A stretch of DNA of 64,000 nt from Betaproteobacteria bacterium (GTDB lineage: Bacteria > Pseudomonadota > Gammaproteobacteria > Burkholderiales > Usitatibacteraceae), in assembly GCA_031414995.1 (NCBI GenBank), contig JANOQY010000427.1:1-64000 (forward strand). The letters are read 5' to 3'. A model generated the notes under the pieces. That model was not told where the DNA came from. It saw nothing but the letters and a program-made list of their open reading frames with translations, and searched no databases. Shown here in pieces: positions 56,435-64,000 of the stretch. A program made the translations under genes and the position numbers. Position 1 is the stretch's first letter. Every line of letters begins with the position of its first letter.

Positions 56435-56935
56435 CTAAACCGGGCGTTTTATCGCCGTCATGCGACGCAGTATTTGCCCGACTGCATCGCGTTCCATATC
56501 CTGATAGAGCAATGCCTCTTCCTGTTGCTTGGCGATGATGCGTGAATCGTCATAGCTGAGAATGCGCGATAACTGAATCTCGCTGGTGGGTATAAATACG
56601 CTGCCCTTGGCGTCTACCAACTGGTAGCTGACGCGCAGCTTGAGTTCGTATTCACGCACCCGACCAGCGCCCGAGAGCGACAGAATTTGCCGTTCGCGTC
56701 TATCCTCAAGAATGTTGAGTTGGGCATCAGCGTCTTTTGCGCTTGCCATCAGCTTCGTGGGAACGTTGGCGAGTTCGCGTTTAAGCGCCGAGGCAACCAC
56801 CGACGCGCCGGAGGTTGAAACGAATACGCTCGAAAATGGCAGCGCGTACTGGCCGCGAAGCTGGAAGCCGCACGATGACAAAGCTGCCGTCAACAGCAAG
56901 GCCGCAACAATTGAGATGCCGCGCGAAATAATCAT
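56435..56935 (-). CDS. lptE: LPS-assembly lipoprotein LptE (RlpB)
   Basis: Lipobox LSSC followed by GFQLRG; 166 aa; immediately downstream of leuS, which is the conserved arrangement. Confidence 0.85.
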   Translation of the reverse strand: MIISRGISIVAALLLTAALSSCGFQLRGQYALPFSSVFVSTSGASVVASALKRELANVPTKLMASAKDADAQLNILEDRRERQILSLSGAGRVREYELKLRVSYQLVDAKGSVFIPTSEIQLSRILSYDDSRIIAKQQEEALLYQDMERDAVGQILRRMTAIKRPV

Positions 56936-59575
56936 TCAGACCACCACATTGACAAGTTTGCCAGGCACCACGATTACTCGTTTTACCGGACGGCCTTCTA
57001 AGTGCCTTATGACCCCCGGATCGGCAAGCGCCATTTGTTCGATCATTTCCTTCGTCGCCGCTTTCGGCACGCGAATGCTACCGCGAAGCTTGCCGTTCAC
57101 CTGCACGACCATCTCGATTTCGTCTTGCTCCAGCGCGACGGGGTCGGGTTCGGGCCAAGGGGCATCGAGGATGTCGCCCCACTGTTTGGCGAGGCCGAGG
57201 TCATTCCATAACTGCCACGTCACATGAGGACAGGCGGGGTACAAAACGCGCAACAGGATTGACACGCCTTCACGCACAACGGTAGGTGCGGCGTTCCGAT
57301 TCTCTTCGAGCATGTTGAGCATTTTCATACACGCCGAAACCACCGTGTTGTATTGCATACGCGAATAGTCGTAGCTCGCCTGCTTTAGCGTCGCGTGAAT
57401 TTCATGGCGTAATTTCTTCGCATCATTACTCAATGTCGAGGCATTCACGGCACCAGCATCGCACACCACGTCGTTAATACCTGCGCAGAAATTCCACAGG
57501 CGCCGCAGATAACGATGCGTTCCCTCCACGCCCGCACTTGACCATTCAATCGTCTGCTCCGGCGGGCTCGCAAACATCACAAAAAGCCGAGCAGCATCGG
57601 CCCCATATTGGTCGATCATCTGCTGCGGATCGACGCCGTTCAATTTTGATTTCGACATCGTACCAACGCCGTCATAAACAACGGGCAAGCCATCCGTTTT
57701 TGATCGGTACGACGCTCGTTTGCCCGCCGCATCCAACACCGGCTCAATATCGTCCGGCGCGAAATACTCGATGCCACCCTTGTCGCCCTTGCGATAGTAG
57801 ATGTGGTTGAGCACCATGCCCTGACACAACAGATTGGTAAACGGCTCGTCGAACTTCAGCATGCCCAGATCACGCATGACCTTGGTCCAGAAGCGCGCGT
57901 ACAACAGATGCAGCACGGCATGCGTGATGCCACCGATGTATTGGTCCATCGGCATCCAGTAGTCGTTGCCCGACGACACCATCTTGTCGTGATAGTCCGG
58001 CGCGGTGTTGGGCGAGGTATATCGCATGAAGTACCACGACGAATCGACGAAGGTATCCAACGTGTCTGTTTCGCGCTTGGCGGGTTTGCCGCACTTGGGG
58101 CATGCGCAGTTGATGAAGCGCTCGTCTTTTTTTAGCGGGCTGCCGGAGCCGTCAGGGATTAAGTCTAGCGGCAATACGACGGGCAAATCTTTTTCGGGAA
58201 CGGGTACGTCGCCGCAATCGGTACAGTGGATGATCGGGATCGGCGTGCCCCAATAGCGCTGGCGGGAGATGCCCCAATCGCGGAGGCGGTATTGGATTTT
58301 CTTTTCGCCGCCTGAGCCTGCGGTCTTCGCGGCAACGAAATCAACGGCTTTGTCATAGTTCATGCCATCCATTGCGCCCGATGCGATACAGCTACCAAGG
58401 TCAGCGTAATGCGTTTGCCATGCATCGGTGGAGTATGGTTTGCCCGCATCGATAACCTGTTTGATCGGCAAGTCATATTTTTTCGCAAACGCAAAATCGC
58501 GCTCATCGTGCCCCGGCACGCCCATCACCGCGCCGTCACCGTAGCTCATGAGCACATAGTTGCCCACCCAAACCGGGATCGATTTGCCCGTTATTGGATG
58601 AACGACAAAGAGCCCAGTTGCAACCCCCTTCTTTTCCATCGTCGCCATATCGGCTTCCATGACGGTGCCACTCTTGGTTTCCTCGATGAATGCAGCAACT
58701 TTGGCATCGCGCGCTGCGGCGACTTCGGCGAGCGGGTGCTCGGCTGCAACGGCACAAAACGTGACACCCATAATAGTGTCAGCACGCGTCGTAAAGACGA
58801 ACAGCTTTCCGTCTTGCACAAGGTTGCGAGACGAATCTTTCACATCGTGTGCAAAAGCAAACCGCACCCCCACCGACTTTCCGATCCAGTTCTCCTGCAT
58901 CGCGCGCACGCTCGCGGGCCAACCAGTCAATTTATTGGCCACGCAGTCGAGCAATTCTTCCGCGTATTTGGTGATGCCCATGTAGTAGCCGGGTATCTCG
59001 CGCTTTTCCACCGGCGCGCCGGACCGCCAACCTTTGCCATCGACCACCTGCTCGTTTGCCAAGACAGTCATGTCGACTGGGTCCCAATTCACCAGCTGCG
59101 TCTTTTTATAGACGACGCCTTTTTCGAGCAGCTTCAAAAAGAACCACTGGTTCCACTTGTAGTACTCGGGATCGCAGGTCGCCAATTCGCGTGACCAGTC
59201 GATCGCCCAGCCCATCGCCTGGCACTGCTTCTTCATGTAGGCGATGTTCTCGTAGGTCCACTTGGCGGGCGCGACATTATTTTTCATCGCCGCGTTTTCC
59301 GCCGGCAATCCAAATGCGTCCCAACCCATCGGCTGCAGGACGTTATAGCCCTTCATGCGCAATTGCCGCGCCATCATGTCGTTGATGGTGTAGTTGCGCA
59401 CATGGCCCATGTGCAGCTTGCCGGATGGATAAGGCAGCATCGAGCAGGCATAAAACTTCGGCTTTGGCTGGCCCGCTTTATCGACAGCGTTTTCGGCCAC
59501 GCGATAGACGTCTTTGGCGGTCCATTCGGCTTGCGCGGCGGTTTCGATTTGTTGGGGCTGGTACGCAGAATTCAT
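56936..59575 (-). CDS. leuS: Leucine--tRNA ligase
   Basis: 879 aa. HIGH-type motif ([10 protein letters not shown]), KMSKS-type motif (GTMSKSK), and zinc-finger-like CPKCG. Confidence 0.98.
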   Translation of the reverse strand: MNSAYQPQQIETAAQAEWTAKDVYRVAENAVDKAGQPKPKFYACSMLPYPSGKLHMGHVRNYTINDMMARQLRMKGYNVLQPMGWDAFGLPAENAAMKNNVAPAKWTYENIAYMKKQCQAMGWAIDWSRELATCDPEYYKWNQWFFLKLLEKGVVYKKTQLVNWDPVDMTVLANEQVVDGKGWRSGAPVEKREIPGYYMGITKYAEELLDCVANKLTGWPASVRAMQENWIGKSVGVRFAFAHDVKDSSRNLVQDGKLFVFTTRADTIMGVTFCAVAAEHPLAEVAAARDAKVAAFIEETKSGTVMEADMATMEKKGVATGLFVVHPITGKSIPVWVGNYVLMSYGDGAVMGVPGHDERDFAFAKKYDLPIKQVIDAGKPYSTDAWQTHYADLGSCIASGAMDGMNYDKAVDFVAAKTAGSGGEKKIQYRLRDWGISRQRYWGTPIPIIHCTDCGDVPVPEKDLPVVLPLDLIPDGSGSPLKKDERFINCACPKCGKPAKRETDTLDTFVDSSWYFMRYTSPNTAPDYHDKMVSSGNDYWMPMDQYIGGITHAVLHLLYARFWTKVMRDLGMLKFDEPFTNLLCQGMVLNHIYYRKGDKGGIEYFAPDDIEPVLDAAGKRASYRSKTDGLPVVYDGVGTMSKSKLNGVDPQQMIDQYGADAARLFVMFASPPEQTIEWSSAGVEGTHRYLRRLWNFCAGINDVVCDAGAVNASTLSNDAKKLRHEIHATLKQASYDYSRMQYNTVVSACMKMLNMLEENRNAAPTVVREGVSILLRVLYPACPHVTWQLWNDLGLAKQWGDILDAPWPEPDPVALEQDEIEMVVQVNGKLRGSIRVPKAATKEMIEQMALADPGVIRHLEGRPVKRVIVVPGKLVNVVV

Positions 59576-59700
59576 AGGGAAACTAGGCTTGAACGTTCGA
59601 TTTTTATGTAAGTGGCGATTATACAGTGGGGGTCAGTGCAGACTGGTCGATGGTGATGAATCGTGCCCTTATAATGCAAAGACATTTTTGACGGCATCAG

Positions 59701-62076
59701 ATGAATTCTTTCGCACCCGATCCAGCGCATCACCCTCGCCTTCTTGAAAACCTCAATCCGGAGCAACTGAAAGCGGTCACGTTGCCGCGCGTGAGTGCGC
59801 TCGTGCTTGCGGGTGCCGGCAGCGGCAAGACCCGTGTGCTCACCACCCGCATCGCGTACCTCATCCAGACAGGTCAGGTGAGTCCCGCAGGATTGCTGGC
59901 GGTCACGTTTACCAATAAAGCCGCCAAGGAAATGCTGACACGCTTGTCGGCGATGATGCCGATCAACACCCGTGGCATGTGGATTGGCACCTTCCATGGC
60001 CTGTGTAATCGGCTATTGCGTACGCACTACCGCGATGCCAATCTGCCGCAGACGTTTCAAATTCTCGATTCTGCCGATCAGCAATCTGCCATCAAGCGTT
60101 TGCTCAAAGCATTAAACGTTGATGACGAAAAATTCAAGCCGCGCGAACTGGGCTGGTTTATCAACGGCGCGAAGGATCAGGGCCTGCGTCCGAATGCGGT
60201 TGAAGCGACCGATGAATTTACGCGCCGGCAGGTCGAGTTTTACGCGGCTTATGATGCGCAATGCCAGCGCGAAGGCGTGGTCGATTTTGCCGAGCTGCTG
60301 TTGCGCTGCTATGAATTACTGTCCAAGAACGCGGCGTTGCAGGAACACTATCGCGAGCGTTTCAAATTCATTTTAGTCGATGAGTTTCAAGATACCAATC
60401 GCTTGCAATACAAATGGATCAAGCTGCTGGCCGGTCGTGAGAATGCGGTTTTTGCGGTGGGCGATGATGACCAGTCGATCTACGGCTTTCGCGGCGCAGA
60501 AGCAGCCAATATGCGTGAATTTCAACGCGACTTTGCCGATGGCAACGTCATCAAGCTCGAACAGAATTATCGCTCGCAGGGAAATATCCTTGATGCCGCC
60601 AACGCGGTCATTCAGCATAACAAGGATCGACTCGGAAAGAATCTCTGGACCGACGCGGGCACGGGCGAGCCAATCCGTATTTACGCGGCGGCGTCCGACA
60701 ACGACGAAGCGCAATTCATCGTCGATGAAGTGAAATCACTGGATCGTAATGGCATATCGCTTAACGATATGGCGTTGCTGTATCGCTCGAACGCGCAATC
60801 GCGCGTGCTGGAGCACGCACTGTTTCGCGCCGGTCTTGCCTATCGCGTTTACGGTGGATTGCGCTTCTTCGAGCGGCAGGAGATCAAGCACGCGCTAGCT
60901 TATCTCAGGCTTGCCGGTAACCCGGACGACGACGGCGCGTTTTCGCGCGTAGTCAATTTTCCGCCGCGCGGCATCGGTGCGCGTTCGGTCGAGCAAGTGC
61001 AGGATTTAGCGCAGCGCTACAACATTTCGTTTTACGCGGCAGCGGCATCCGGTATCGCACAGGGTGAAATTAGCGGCCGCGCGGCATCCATGATTGGCGC
61101 GTTCCTGAAAATTGTCGAGGGGTTGAAAGCATCGTCTGGCGCAGTTTCATTGCCGGAATTAACCGACGAGTGCCTCGAAAAAAGCGGCTTGCGTGCGCAC
61201 TATGTGGCGGAGCGTGAAGGCGCTGATCGGCTGGAAAACCTGGCTGAGCTGGTCACGGCGACGGCGCAATTTCAGGAAGAATACGAGGGCGAAGATACAT
61301 CGCTGATCGGCTTTCTGACGCATGCGAGTTTGGAGGCGGGCGAACATGAAGCGGGCGTGAATGAAGACGCGCTACAACTGATGACGGTGCATGCCGCCAA
61401 GGGGCTTGAGTTCAAGGCGGTGTTCCTCAGTGGCCTTGAAGAAGGGTTGTTCCCGCACGATAACTCGGCCAATGATATCGACGGCGTCGAAGAAGAACGG
61501 CGTCTCATGTATGTGGCCGTGACGCGCGCCCGCGAGCGGCTTTATCTTTCGTATGCCAGCCAGCGCATGCTTCACGGGCAGATTCGTTACGGCATCGTCT
61601 CGCGCTTTGTCGATGAAATTCCGGCGCCACTTTGCAAATGGATCGTCGTGCCGGAAAAGCAATCCGGCTACCTGTCGGGGTCGCAGACGTATCCGACATC
61701 GCGTTCCGCCGGAGGCTTTACTGCACAGCAATCCTGGGGCGGTGGCAAAAGCGATGCCGCCAGTCGCGGTGCGTGGATAGAAGGACGCGACAGCGGTGAT
61801 CGTCCATATTCCCCCAGCCAACAGCGCAACAGCAACGGCACGGATGGCGACTACGGTCGCGAAGGTGCACCCGACACATCACGCGCGCGATTCGAAACCG
61901 CGCGGCCAGATGCGTATCCATTCGGCATCGGGCAAAACGTGCAACACGCCAAATTTGGCGAAGGTGTGGTCCTCAATTTCGAAGGTCGCGGACTGGATGC
62001 GCGCGTGCAAGTAAAATTCCGCGCTGATGGCATGAAATGGCTGGCGTTGCAGTACGCAAAACTCACCGCCATTTAA
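59701..62076 (+). CDS. uvrD: ATP-dependent DNA helicase II (UvrD family)
   Basis: Walker A AGAGSGKT, motif II VDEFQDTN, TVHAAKGLEF, and a C-terminal KFGEGVV...LALQYAKL tail. Length 791 aa. Confidence 0.93.
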   Translation: MNSFAPDPAHHPRLLENLNPEQLKAVTLPRVSALVLAGAGSGKTRVLTTRIAYLIQTGQVSPAGLLAVTFTNKAAKEMLTRLSAMMPINTRGMWIGTFHGLCNRLLRTHYRDANLPQTFQILDSADQQSAIKRLLKALNVDDEKFKPRELGWFINGAKDQGLRPNAVEATDEFTRRQVEFYAAYDAQCQREGVVDFAELLLRCYELLSKNAALQEHYRERFKFILVDEFQDTNRLQYKWIKLLAGRENAVFAVGDDDQSIYGFRGAEAANMREFQRDFADGNVIKLEQNYRSQGNILDAANAVIQHNKDRLGKNLWTDAGTGEPIRIYAAASDNDEAQFIVDEVKSLDRNGISLNDMALLYRSNAQSRVLEHALFRAGLAYRVYGGLRFFERQEIKHALAYLRLAGNPDDDGAFSRVVNFPPRGIGARSVEQVQDLAQRYNISFYAAAASGIAQGEISGRAASMIGAFLKIVEGLKASSGAVSLPELTDECLEKSGLRAHYVAEREGADRLENLAELVTATAQFQEEYEGEDTSLIGFLTHASLEAGEHEAGVNEDALQLMTVHAAKGLEFKAVFLSGLEEGLFPHDNSANDIDGVEEERRLMYVAVTRARERLYLSYASQRMLHGQIRYGIVSRFVDEIPAPLCKWIVVPEKQSGYLSGSQTYPTSRSAGGFTAQQSWGGGKSDAASRGAWIEGRDSGDRPYSPSQQRNSNGTDGDYGREGAPDTSRARFETARPDAYPFGIGQNVQHAKFGEGVVLNFEGRGLDARVQVKFRADGMKWLALQYAKLTAI

Positions 62077-62113
62077 CGCCGTTGAATCTATTCCTGATTC
62101 ACGATGTAATTGT

Positions 62114-62180
62114 CAAACACTAGAACTGGCGGGCTTTTTCAGCTATTTATTGCGTGAAACACCCGTCGATGCTGGTTCTA
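62114..62180. repeat. REP-like palindromic intergenic repeat, copy 5 of 5 (most diverged)
   Basis: caaacactagaactggcgggc-N28-cccgtcgatgctggttcta. It lies between the convergent uvrD end and a membrane protein gene end, and the right arm overlaps the stop at 62178-62180. Confidence 0.65.
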
Positions 62181-62927
62181 CGTCGTTTGTGATGGTTCTA
62201 TACGGCTTGCATCAACCTCAATCGAGGGTCGGAACAGATCCCGGTAGGTGACGTAGTGCGCGATGGCGTAAATCGGCATGGCCACCAGCATGCCGATAAA
62301 GGGTGGCAACGCGGCAACAAAAAATATCAGCGTCATCAATATGCCGAAGACCAGCATCGGCAGGAAATTGGCGATCAGTGCATAGCAACTCCAGCGTATC
62401 GCGTGCGTGGCCGGCATCGGATTGAGCGCGAGAATCGCGGCGCAAAACCACAACGCCGCCTTGATGGCGAGCATCAGTGCAAACGCCAGGAACACCAGCC
62501 ATTCCTTGCCATCGAGCAACTGCACGTACGCCTGAACATCCGGCAACCCGCCATCGCCCGCTGGCACCATACGGGGAAAACCCATGAGCGAAAGAATCAC
62601 CATCACCATGATTTCGGCAAGCAGCGTTATCGACCCGAGCGTCACCAGCGGCCGCCCGTTAGCGCGAAATGCGGCAAACAATTGATGCACGCCGACCGGT
62701 TTGCCCGCCTCCTGATCGCGCGCCGCGAGCACGAAACCCGCAAAAAATCCCGGCTGCATAATGGTGGCAATGGCCGCACCGATGACCGGCACAAAAAACA
62801 ATAAAATTGTTGTGAACATCCACGCCGACGTGAGGCCAATCCAACCGAGCGGCTGGGCACGAAAGAGGGTAAAAGACAATTTGATCCAGGCAACGCCAGT
62901 GCTGGCGGGTACGTCGATAACTTGCAT
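62178..62927 (-). CDS. Polytopic inner-membrane protein of unknown function
   Basis: 249 aa with about six hydrophobic segments. I recognise no catalytic motif. Confidence 0.6.
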   Translation of the reverse strand: MQVIDVPASTGVAWIKLSFTLFRAQPLGWIGLTSAWMFTTILLFFVPVIGAAIATIMQPGFFAGFVLAARDQEAGKPVGVHQLFAAFRANGRPLVTLGSITLLAEIMVMVILSLMGFPRMVPAGDGGLPDVQAYVQLLDGKEWLVFLAFALMLAIKAALWFCAAILALNPMPATHAIRWSCYALIANFLPMLVFGILMTLIFFVAALPPFIGMLVAMPIYAIAHYVTYRDLFRPSIEVDASRIEPSQTT

Positions 62928-62959
62928 ATGAGCTAGGGGTTGTTATTGCGCCGTGATAC

Positions 62960-63946
62960 TCAGGATGCGATCAGCATCAGGGCACGATTTTCAGATTCGT
63001 GGGTGGCATGATAATGCAGCAATCGTGCAGAGAACGCGTGATCCTTTGGATGCGTGAGCTCGGAATCGCGCGGAAAGTGATGATAACCCAGACGTCCAAG
63101 CAAGGTACGTAGCGCGGCGGCACGAAGCATTTGCGGCCATGCGGCAAGTTCAGCTTTGGAGAAGGCACGCACGCTGGCATAGCCGCTCAATAGCGCGCCG
63201 ACGTTCGCAGCGTGCAGCTTGGCCGCCGGGTACGCAGAATAATCGAGGCACCAGTCATTGGCGGTCACGGCGACATCAAAGAGAAATTGCTCGTTACACG
63301 CAAAATAAAAATCGATCATCTGCGGCGTGTGATGCGTGCCGTGATCGTCCCAGAGGATATTGTCGCGAAACAGGTCGCCATGAATCACACCGCGCGGCAG
63401 ACTTAGCGCATCAAAATGATGCTGATACTCGATCTCGGTGGCGATTTGCAGGTTCTCACTGACCGATAGATGTTTCTGCAATTCGATCGCATAACTGCGC
63501 CACCATGCACGACCGCGCCAGTTGGGCATTTGCAGCGCAAACGTTTGCGCAGCAGCGTGCATGTGCGCCAGCGCGGCACCAACAGCGTGACAATCTTTCG
63601 GCGTTGGATGGGCGATATCGTTGCCCGACAGGCGCGTCACCAGCGCGGCTGGTTTGCCTTTTAACTCTCGAATGACGGTTCCATCGCTGGTCGGCAATGG
63701 CGCGGCACAAGGCACGCCATTGCGATGCAGGTGCGACATCAACCCCATGTAGAAATCGAGATCCTTGCGCGGGATTTTCTCAAAAATGGTGAGGACGTAT
63801 CGCCCCTCGGTAGTGGTGACGAAGAAATTGGAGTTCTCCACACCGGCCGCGATATTCTGAAAATCAATGATGTCGCCGACGCCGTAGGACGCGATAAACG
63901 CGCGCGCTTCATCAGTCGTAATCGGGGTAAAAACGCTCACAAACAC
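62960..63946 (-). CDS. thrB: Homoserine kinase, Pseudomonas/APH-like type (ThrB)
   Basis: SVFTPITTDEARAFIASYGVGDIIDFQNIAAGVENSNFFVTT..YVLTIFE and a kinase-like GVIHGDLFRDNILW. GTG start at 63946, or at 63940. Confidence 0.88.
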   Translation of the reverse strand: MFVSVFTPITTDEARAFIASYGVGDIIDFQNIAAGVENSNFFVTTTEGRYVLTIFEKIPRKDLDFYMGLMSHLHRNGVPCAAPLPTSDGTVIRELKGKPAALVTRLSGNDIAHPTPKDCHAVGAALAHMHAAAQTFALQMPNWRGRAWWRSYAIELQKHLSVSENLQIATEIEYQHHFDALSLPRGVIHGDLFRDNILWDDHGTHHTPQMIDFYFACNEQFLFDVAVTANDWCLDYSAYPAAKLHAANVGALLSGYASVRAFSKAELAAWPQMLRAAALRTLLGRLGYHHFPRDSELTHPKDHAFSARLLHYHATHESENRALMLIAS

Positions 63947-64000
63947 ACATTCACAGAAACAAGCTCACCAGATCAGGAAGACCGCATATCTTGCCACGGA

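Noticed and set aside
59600-59700. Possible LexA/SOS box upstream of uvrD. The region includes a good -10-like TATAAT at 59670-59675 and the small palindrome cagtgcagactg.
   Set aside because: No CTGT-N8-ACAG match could be found on either strand. The palindrome has the wrong half-sites and spacing.
1-64000. Scan for a genomic island, prophage, IS element, CRISPR array, defence system, tRNA or rRNA.
   Set aside because: There is no transposase, integrase or phage-like ORF, no direct-repeat/spacer array, no cloverleaf-capable intergenic segment, and no obvious compositional break. The window is a core motility and housekeeping region.

Overview
This is a moderately GC-rich proteobacterial chromosome segment. 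Gene content suggests Betaproteobacteria, Burkholderiales-like: FlhDC master regulator together with FlhF/FlhG, leuS-lptE, and a Pseudomonas-type thrB. That taxonomic call is inference. About 50 of the 64 kb is a near-complete flagellar and motility regulon.

Gene layout, in coordinate order:
- 272-7948 (-): a chemosensory operon of an unknown small gene, cheA, cheW, a periplasmic binding protein gene, an mcp and cheB.
- 8102-13996: a signalling island with a REC-kinase, a NarL-type regulator, a GGDEF cyclase and a REC-PAS-GGDEF-EAL protein.
- 14305-24685 (-): flgLKJIHGFEDCB.
- 24961-26598 (+): flgA, flgM, flgN.
- 26839-37170 (-): fliA, flhG-like, flhF, flhA, flhB, cheZ, cheY, motB, motA, flhC, flhD.
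- 37657-42653 (+): fliC, flaG, fliD, fliS, fliT, a small ORF, ycgR-like.
- 42663-42974 (-): fliE.
- 43178-54014 (+): fliFGHIJKLMNOPQR.
- 54158-56364 (-): a second REC-PAS-kinase and NarL-type pair.
- 56435-63946: housekeeping genes lptE, leuS, uvrD, a membrane protein and thrB.

I found no rRNA, tRNA, CRISPR array, transposase, integrase or phage genes.

Non-coding signals read directly from the sequence are a five-copy REP-like palindromic repeat family at gene ends, five to six sigma-28-type promoters, and a strong hairpin after fliC.

The observations most worth follow-up are:
- The che operon has no cheY or cheR, starts with a small protein carrying CheZ-like motifs, and contains an orphan solute-binding protein next to the MCP.
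- One REC-kinase has lost both the phospho-acceptor His and the DxxxQ phosphatase motif, while a canonical paralogue sits 45 kb away.
- The FlhG/FleN homologue has no recognisable Walker A P-loop.
- c-di-GMP genes (cyclase, phosphodiesterase, PilZ brake) are embedded in the regulon.

All functional calls rest on motif recognition by eye. No database search or HMM was run.
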